In this document: in pieces, positions 55,034 to 64,000 of the stretch | Position numbering within the stretch: position 1 is the stretch's first letter | How the letters are laid out: every line of letters starts with the position of its first letter | Source of the DNA: Octopus vulgaris | Taxonomy: Eukaryota | DNA: 64,000 bases | Direction of reading: 5' to 3' | Assembly: GCA_951406725.2 (NCBI GenBank) | Contig: OX597830.1 | Span: 76,322,001 to 76,386,000, forward strand | Program-made: the position numbers and the translations under genes | Notes under the pieces: generated by a model | What the model was told of the DNA's origin: nothing | The model's input: the letters and a program-made list of their open reading frames with translations, nothing else | The model's database searches: none

Positions 55034-55711
55034 CACTGGTTCCCAAAGCAGGTGGTACGGCGCCGGCCTGGGGGCGGTGGAAAGATCCAGTGGTTGGGGT
55101 ACTGTAGAAAAGTGAGGTGGGATAATGGGGCAGCCAAAAAGAAGTAATTGATGTAAAAACAAAAAAAATGTGTTAATTTACACTTTTTACTCCTTTATTT
55201 GTTTCAGTCATTTGACTGGGGCCATGCTGGAGCACCGCCTTTAGTCGAGCAAATTGATCCCAGTACTTATTCTTTGTAAGCCTAGTACTTATTCTATCGG
55301 TCTCTAATGCCGAACCGCTAAGTTATGGGGATGTAAACACACCACCATCGACTGTCAAGCGATGTTAGGGGACAAACACAGACACACAAACAAATACACA
55401 TATATATATATATATATATATATACGACGGGCTTCTTTCAGTTTCCGTTTACCAAATCCACTCACAAGGCTTTTGTCAGCCCGAGACTATAGTAGAAGGC
55501 ACTTGCCCAATGAACCCGGAACCATGTCGTTAGTAAGCAAGCTACTTACCACACTCCTGCACCTAATTTGGTTAAGTTATATTTGAGAAATGCAGATGTT
55601 TTGAATTTGCTGCAGAAAGTGGTCTACATTTGTGGTGGTGAAGTGGAGAGGCGCTAGGAATGTGGCCTAGGTACCAAGGGGTGGCAGCAAGAAGTAGTTT
55701 GGTAATCCCTA
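55034..55711. mobile_element. hAT-like MITE interrupted by SINE A
   Basis: CACTGGTTCCCAAA ... GTTTGGTAATCCCT ends; SINE A on the minus strand at 55185-55562. Confidence 0.55.
55185..55562 (-). mobile_element. SINE family A
   Basis: Tail-to-head reverse complement of family A with small deletions. Confidence 0.92.
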
Positions 55712-55832
55712 GACTAAAACTTAGATGGTCTCAATCCAATGATTAAAACAAGTAAAGAATAAAAGATAAATGTACGAGTTCGTAGGGAGATATTAATAAA
55801 TACACCCGTATGTATCTCTCTCTCTCTCTCTT

Positions 55833-55911
<79 letters not shown>

Positions 55912-56035
55912 GCATATATGTGCGTGTATGTGTGTGCATGTATATATGTATATGTGTACGTGTATATATATATGCACATGCATATTTCCACACACGCACA
56001 CACACACATACTCACATACAGATACACACATACAT

Positions 56036-56081
<46 letters not shown>

Positions 56082-56164
56082 TATATATATATTATATTAA
56101 ATAAATATTATATATAGATATGGGTAGATGTATCTATGAATGCGATATATGACTGCATGAATTT

Positions 56165-56226
<62 letters not shown>

Positions 56227-56785
56227 GTGTTTGTGTTTGAGTGAGTGTGTATGTGTGCGTGCGCGCGTGTGTGTATTTATACAAGCACATCCATAGAGAG
56301 ATACCTACTTAAGTTGAATCACCATTTAAAGTCGTACTTAAAGAGTGGACATTGATTTATAATATGTCCCCTCGTTATATCAATACCATAAAACCCCCTC
56401 GCCATTTTCACGCAGTTGTCGTTATCTTCACACTCATAAAACTATCAGCAACTCTCTTTCACACTCATTCTCTCTCTCTCTCACTTTTCTACTCTTTTAC
56501 ATGTCTCCCTACACCCAATTCTACTTCGTTGCCGGTTCTTAGTTTCAAAACATTCTCCTTTGATCTTTCTTGTTCTTCGGTTTGGACTTCATTGAGTTTT
56601 ATTTTATTTCTTCGTTTTTTTTTTTGTCTCATTTTTTTTTCTTCTTCCTCCATATTTGTTCAATCTTAGCTCTGCACTTGAAGCAATAAATCAGTCGATC
56701 AACACAACCGAATTCTAGTCTATCTGCCCGTCATTTATTTAAAATATCTATCTATCTGTCGGTCTGTCAGTGTCTGTTTGTCCTC

Positions 56786-56823
<38 letters not shown>

Positions 56824-57194
56824 CTTGTCTATTTACTTCCCTCTCTTACACACACATGCGAGCAGCACACGTACATGGACATTTTTTTCGATACGTCGTC
56901 GATTTCTTTTCCTTCAGAAGACAGACTGACGTCCGAAGCGTCGGTGGCGCTCGTTGTTCTTTCCGTTTAAACGTTAAACTGTGTTATTGTGCATCTTACT
57001 ATATTCTCTCACTGTCTTATCTATCTTCCGCGTGTATATGTGAGTGTAGGTGTCTGTGGAGGCACGTAGCTTAGTGATTAGGGTGTTGACTTCGTGGTTT
57101 CAAATACTAGAACAGAGCTAGGTGTTGTGTTCTTCCGCAACGCACTTCATTTCAAATTTTTGCCCTGTACCGAAATGACACGAATAATAAAGTT

Positions 57195-57440
57195 AGGCAT
57201 AGGAGTGGCTGTGTGGTAAGAAGCTTGCATCCAACCACATGGTTCCGGGTTCAGTCACGCTGCGTGGCACCTTGGGCAAGTGTCTTCTACTATAGCTTCG
57301 GGCCGACCAAAGCCTTGTGAGTGGATTTGGTAGACTGTAACTGAAAGAAGCCCGTCATATATATGTATGCATATATGTAGGTGTGTGTATATCTTTGTGT
57401 GTCTGTGTTTGTCTCCCCAACATCACTTGACAACCGTTTG
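57195..57440 (+). mobile_element. SINE family A (5' half)
   Basis: GGAGTGGCTGTGTGGTAAG...CACTTGACAACCG; preceded by a degenerate tRNA/CORE-like head at 57055-57155. Confidence 0.9.
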
Positions 57441-57477
57441 TGTGTATATATATACACACACACACACATATATATAT

Positions 57478-57510
<33 letters not shown>

Positions 57511-57776
57511 TATACACACACACATACATACATACATATATATACATATATACACATAAACGATGATGATGATGATGATGATGATGATATTTATATCTAT
57601 ATCAGCCTTTTTGAGAGACGAAGAATATACTATCACGGCAAAATAATAGTGATGAGTTGCTACTCGTGTGTAAATGATGGAATTGGATGTTGGTATTATA
57701 ATACAGCTAGAAGTTAACAGGAATCCACTGAACTTTTCAACCGTTTGCTATATAAAAAATATACATACATACATAC

Positions 57777-57835
<59 letters not shown>

Positions 57836-58176
57836 ATATCTACAAACTTCAACAAATCAATCAACCAGCACTACAAAGCGGACTTTGCAGGAGATATGAA
57901 GAATATTAAGATATAATAAACGTGAAAAAGAAATAGTAGATAAATAAATAAATAAATAAAGTGAAATATAAATTCATGATATGGATATAGGGTATGAATA
58001 TGGAGAAATATCCTGTGGTGCTTCTCACTATGGTTTCAGTGAGGAATTAATCTTATCGCAACAATAAATATTTATCAGAATGTTGAAGAAGCAGAATCAT
58101 CAAAAGAGAGAATTATTCCTCGCTGTCTGCGAGAGCCGAGGTTTGATTTACATCTGTCGGAAATGTAGATGGAGGC

Positions 58177-58232
<56 letters not shown>

Positions 58233-58331
58233 GCATACTTGCATTCATTCATACATACATATATATGTATCTGTGTGTGTTTGTCTCTATGTAACTATGC
58301 ACATTTGTATTTGTGTATGTATATATGCGTG

Positions 58332-58362
<31 letters not shown>

Positions 58363-58399
58363 GTATGTATGTATGTATAGTAAATCCGAAAAAGAAGAA

Positions 58400-58590
58400 C
58401 AGACACACAAAAAACAAGAACGTGAGGACGTGGTACATGTGAAGTATAAGCAGACTCTCAGGGAAGGAAAGAAAGATGCTTTAACGTTTTGAGCTGACGC
58501 TCTTCTTCGGAAACAGAAGAAAGTCCAGTAGAAGAGAAGACAGAAGAAGAAAATCGCCAACGATTCTCGTGTGGTTACATTTTGAAAGAT
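58400..58590 (-). mobile_element. Penelope-like terminal remnant with inactivated hammerhead motif
   Basis: Minus 58514-58479: TTT-CCGAAGA-a-GAGC-gtca-GCTC-AAAA-CG-TT-AAAG, the 39298 motif with core substitutions. Confidence 0.55.
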
Positions 58591-59842
58591 GTGTGTGTGT
58601 GTGTGTGTGTGCGCTTGTGTGTGGATATATATAGTTGTATGTGTATATAAATATGTACCTACATGTGTATATTTATATATCTATATCTATATTTATATCT
58701 CTCTACATATGCATGTGTATGTGTGTGCGTGTATATAACTGTGTGAGTGTGTTTGTATTTATGTGATCATGTATGCTTGTATATATTTGTGTGTATATGG
58801 TTGCATGCGTTTAATGTGCATGTATCACACTTGCAGCTGTTATTACCTGACGTAGAAGTGAATATGTATTGAAGTACACGCGCGCTCGCAGAGACAAGTC
58901 ATGAACACGTACCACTGCGCGTGCACCCACACGCTTTCGTTATGAGCGACAGAAAGAGCATTAATTCAAAATAGCAACCTGTGTATCATATCTAATGCAG
59001 ATATATCTTTTAAAGCTTTATAAACTGAGGTATTCATAATGAGAGAGTATCGCTTAAGATGTATAGTGTTAAAAAACGCAAAAATATATCACTAGCAAAC
59101 GAAAATCTTCCTGCAGTAATGGTGGCATTGCTAAATACGTATTTCCCTTCCACAGGCAACCGAATGTTATTACAAAATTCACGGTTCTGTTGGAGTATAA
59201 CGTGGTAATTTTTTTGACTAACGAAGATAGCACAAGGTATCTTGTTCGTCAGTCTTCCACTTACCGTGTACTTTCTTAATTTTTCTTCTTGTTTTAATGC
59301 ATTCTGCGAAAAACAAATGCACATAATTACAGATTACCACCTGTGTAATCACTGGATTGATTATATTTTCGAGTACGTAGGGTTTTACAACTCAGGCTCA
59401 ACAAAATTGCTGACGATTTTGTGCTCGACACACAGGTTTAATGCTTTCTTCTTTTGTCGATTTATACATCATGCCTATACATAGGTATGCATTCACACAT
59501 GCATGCATACATACACACACATACATGCACGCATACGCACATACTCACACACACATACATACATGCTTACTTACCAAATTGGTGCACTAGATTTTGTGAG
59601 TAAATACCTAAATGTTAGGGTTTTCACAAAAGAATCAAAACAAATATTGTGTACATTACAAGTTCATATTGTAAGCAGAACAGTAAAAATATTCAACACT
59701 TTCCTCAAGTTCAAAATGTTACATTGTTTTTGTAATCAATATTCCAAAGATGGAGCTTACTATCTTTGAGCGATACCAGCTTTTTCCTAACAGGTAATCT
59801 TCAAATAAATAAAACGAAAAAGGTACATATCATCCACATATG

Positions 59843-60238
59843 TTTCTTTATTAGCCACACAGGGTTGAACACAGAGGGGACAAACTACAAAGTAGAGCTT
59901 TTCTTTTTGGGGAGAAAAACAAAAATAAAATTTTAAAAAATAAAATAAAAAGCGGGGTAGGTTTTCGATCAAAAGGGATCGTAAAAAGAGAGGAAAAAAC
60001 CCATCAAGAGGGATCGTGTATCACAGAAGTGTCATGATGTAAAGTGTAAAGGGGGAAGCAGATAAGGTTTATCCGTGGAGAGAAAAGCCTACGGAAAAGA
60101 CCACGGTAACCTCGGTCAATAATGTCACATGTTAACACATTTATCTGCAAGTAAGTAACTCTCTGTTGTAAATTGTTCCGGGTTCATAAGATTATGCTCA
60201 AGGTGGCTTCGTCATTCATACGTGCCATCCTTGCTACA
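59843..60238 (-). mobile_element. 5'-truncated LINE 3' end (ORF2 C-terminus plus 3'UTR), putative L1/Tx1 clade
   Basis: Minus 60237-60184 reads VARMARMNDEATLSIIL*, then a T-rich UTR of about 340 nt ending TTTGTCCCCTCTGTGTTCAACCCTGTGTGGCTAATAAAGAAA, nearly the SINE B tail. Clade is inferred. Confidence 0.65.
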
Positions 60239-61044
60239 AAAACAAGTAATTCGGAACGTTATGGGAAATCGTCTGATCTGAATATTGAGTGAAAGTTTTA
60301 TCATTTGCTTCTGTCATTGACTCAGTCATGTTGGGGTATCGCCTTGTTTAGTCGAGCAAATCCACTACAGTACATATTTCGTCTTTTAAATCTGTTAGTC
60401 ATTCTATATGTCACTTATGCTGAAGCATATCAGGGCATAATAATCAAGAACCGATAGTTACACATCTTTAAAATTTATTTAATTGAAATCGTTTTTGCTT
60501 CATCCACTCGCATTGAAAACGCCCTGAAAATGTTGTGTAAGATTGTTAAACATTGAATAAGAATTTGCAATTCAGCTGCTTTAATATAAATCGATTAGTT
60601 ACGCACAATTATCACATCAAAGGACCATAAGCCACTTATTCAACAGAAACATGTGTCGGAATTTAATATACATGAAATATTAATTAAACGAATTTTAAAG
60701 ATGTGTAACTCCATTCTTCATTATTATGTTTTGATGAGTGTGTGTGTGTGCGTGTGTGTGCGCACGCGTGAGCTCCTGTTGGAATTTCTCAAATAGTCCC
60801 TGCTGGCTTATCAGTTTTTGCCCCCACACTCAGTCCATTGTATACCAATTTACATAGCAAAGATATATTGTAGTACGCTGACTTTCTCCAAGACTACGGC
60901 TAAGAATTCCAAATGAAAATTCTTGGTAACTTCGAAGAGAAATACCAACTTATTATTGTAAACTTATAGAGATGATTGGAGAATACTACGTAGACGATGT
61001 AGAAAATATGTGAGGCGTCCAACATCGTGCCCGACGTAAATAGG

Positions 61045-61384
61045 AGGCCCTCTTCGGTCATGAATGACCATGGGATTACACCTAGAAAGTTACCCTCCGA
61101 GGTACAAGCCCGGGCAAGACTGTTTGTGGAAGGCTAGCAGTCGCCCATGCATACCAGCCTTCCCTCTCCACGGCATCGATGTTATCCAAGAGAAAGGCCA
61201 AGGGGCCGATACAGCTTGGCACCAGTGACGTCGCAACTCATTTCTACAGCTGAGTTAACTGGAGCAACGTAAAATAAAGTGTCTTGCTCAAGAACACAAC
61301 ACACAGCCCAGTCCGAGATTCGAACTCTCAATTTCTAGGTCGTAAGCTCGACGCTCTAACCACTGAGCCGTGCGTCTTCACATA
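61045..61384 (-). mobile_element. SINE family D, full length, 15-bp TSD
   Basis: tRNA head (GGCTCAGTGGTTAGAGCG..GAGTTCGAATCT), CORE-like domain, tail CTAGGTGTAATCCCATGGTCATTCATGACCGAAG. TSD CCCGACGTAAATAGG at 61030-61044 and 61385-61399. Confidence 0.95.
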
Positions 61385-61640
61385 CCCGACGTAAATAGGC
61401 GTCAATAAATCATAGACAAAAATTCGTCAGCGCGTGCGCATCTGCGTGTTTATATACGGTGTAACTAGGTAAACAGTTGAACATCAGATAAAAATATGCG
61501 ACATAAGTATATTTACGCCCGAGGTTCGAATCCCGCTGGTGTTTATTTAATCATGTCTGTACCGCTATTGAAATTTTGATCGATGAAGAAAAATATCAAT
61601 ATTAATGTTTATATTTTATACATTAATATCTATAAAAATA

Positions 61641-61703
<63 letters not shown>

Positions 61704-61864
61704 CCGTAATGATTATTATTGTTGTTGTTATTGTTATCATCATTATCATTGTTGTTGTTCTTTATCATTATCATATTTAGTAATATAGCATATTTTAGGA
61801 GGTGAGGTGAGATAGGGAAGAAATGAATAAAGAGGAGGAAAAGAATATTGAAATACTACTGCTG

Positions 61865-61907
<43 letters not shown>

Positions 61908-63246
61908 CACCACCACTACTACTACTACCACCACCACCACCACTACTACTACTACCACTACTACAGCTGCTGGTACTACTACTACCACCACCACCACTAC
62001 TACTACTGATAATAATAATAATAATAATGTGTGCGCTTATATGTGTATATAAATACACACACATAAAACATATATAAGCATATATCTATATATATATATA
62101 TATATATACATACACATATTTATACATATATATATGTATGTAGATGTATGTATATATATATTTGTATGTGTGTGTATATACTCTTATGTGTATACGTATA
62201 CATATGCACATACGCCTACGCGCACACATGTACGCACACACACACACACAAACACACACGCACATACACAAATCATTCAGCCCATAAATGTGTCTACGGT
62301 CAGCTGATTCGATGTGCAAATATGTGTGACGAGCTAAGGCGCTGGACCCTGCTGGTAAAGGTGTCAGCGGAGGTGGGTTGGGCGACTGATTGGCTGGTGG
62401 TGGTGTTGGTGATGGCGGTCACCTTAAATAGGCAGTTCAGATAAACGAAAGCCAGATGCCTGGGGTCAAGTTTGCGTTGTTTTCCCCTTTGAAGTGACAG
62501 CGCTATCAACGAATATTACTGCCATATATTATATTTTTATAAGACCGTATCTCCCCCATGGCTTCTGTGTGCTCTACCGTCATCAATACCAACACCGCAC
62601 CATAGCACGCAGCACAACACTACATTAACCCCTTTTCCACCCTCCTTGTCCTACTATTTACCCAGGATATATAAAGATGATGCTCTCATTTTCATGAAGA
62701 TAATTTTTACCTCTGTTTGAAAATAGCGAAGAGGGTTGGTTGTTGCAGGGTGGAAAAAAGAGACGGCCATGTTTGTTAAGAGGCAGGCGGTAGCGCTTAG
62801 TGCTACTACCACACAAAAATTTCCTCATACCATTCCTTGTAATCTTGCTTCTTTTTCTTTCTTTTTTTTTTGAGTAAATACGCACACGTATAGACATAGA
62901 TGCGATTCATACACATATATACATATTCATGCATACGCATACACATTTGAATAGACAACCAATATCTTCCAGCTTCTACATCGTCACGCCCGGCCATCTT
63001 GAAATTCATTTTTCATTGAAAAATCGATGCATGATGGAATATTATGAGATGGAATGGGATGGAATTGGATGGGACTGTCTAATAAAATCTTAAGTTGATA
63101 TTGATGTTAGAAAGTTCGTGGAGGTGGTTCCACTTGGCCAAATTCTTCTAGTCTTCGATACGCCGACACACACACACACACACACACATAAATACACACA
63201 TGTACACACGTTCACGTTTAATACATATAGACATACATGCACACAC

Positions 63247-63303
<57 letters not shown>

Positions 63304-63892
63304 TACATATATATCAATACATTTGTGCGTGTGTGTGTCCTTATATATACACAAGTATATATATACATATAAATGTGTGTATTCATGTATATGTCGAGCG
63401 CAATGTGTATGTGTGTGTGTGTGTACGTGAGCGCGTGCTTCATTTATGCAAATTAGTCAAACTATGTATGTGTTCTTTTTTTTCTTCTTTTTATGCATGC
63501 ATCCGTCTCATCTGCTGATGACGATTATTGAGGCAAAAACACGTGCCCGCAGCTGTCTTGTTTTCCGACAATCACACAGTTTTTTTTTTCTTTAATGGCA
63601 TCTCAATATTGAAGAATTAGTGATTCTTGAAATTATTTTCCCCTTTGATTTGGCGTTGGTGCCACTTTCCCACCAAGCGGTTCGTCTGCTCAATCTGGAA
63701 ATGGTGATAATTCGAATGTGTAGAATTCCTTTTGTATAATATTTAGCACAGTAATCCATCGCCATATCGCGTCTCACCTATACCGATTTATTATTTAAGC
63801 TTACGTCGATTCCTCTGTGGTGTTGTTTTGTAATTTATATTAAAATAGATTATTATATAAATTATAAAAATAATTAAAAAATATATACCGTA

Positions 63893-63974
63893 CAGTACTG
63901 TTTCTACGTCGCGGATTTTCACTTATCGCGGTGGGTCTTGGAACCTAACATCCGCGATAGTCGAGGGATTGCTG
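63893..63974. mobile_element. Tiny Tigger/pogo-like MITE
   Basis: TA-CAGTAC...TCGCGGAT ... ATCCGCGATAGTCGAGGGATTGCTG-TA: TA flanks, CAG/CTG ends, inverted CGCGGA blocks. Confidence 0.65.
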
Positions 63975-64000
63975 TACACCCATATAAATCTTTATTCGAA

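Noticed and set aside
59034-59324. 96-aa non-repetitive ORF / faint mariner-like fragments
   Set aside because: No diagnostic motif or TIR could be verified by eye; needs a translated search.

Overview
AT-rich eukaryotic non-coding DNA (intronic or intergenic), saturated with (TA)n, (TATG)n, (TATC)n, (CA)n, (GA)n, (TAA)n and (TAC)n microsatellites. The repeat landscape looks like an octopus/cephalopod genome; this is my inference, not a database result. Almost every ORF in the supplied track is translated simple repeat, and no protein-coding gene can be named; only a few weak exon-like unique segments exist, mostly on the minus strand. The informative content is mobile DNA: four or more tRNA-derived SINE families (my labels A-D) with shuffled heads, cores and tails; 3' ends of their likely partner LINEs; Penelope-like remnants; and several MITEs (mariner-, pogo/Tigger-, hAT-, piggyBac-, Merlin- and Helitron-like). 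Three observations stand out. (1) Several minimal type I hammerhead ribozyme motifs occur, two sets arranged head-to-head in palindromes, including a perfect inverted repeat with 164-bp arms at 3347-3675. (2) SINE B shares its tail with a LINE 3' end in the window and appears to prefer an A(G/T)GTAT target present in its own head, which would explain its self-nested multimers. (3) A covarying 3' stem-loop is shared by SINE A and a CR1/L2-like LINE. Boundaries of degenerate repeats are approximate.
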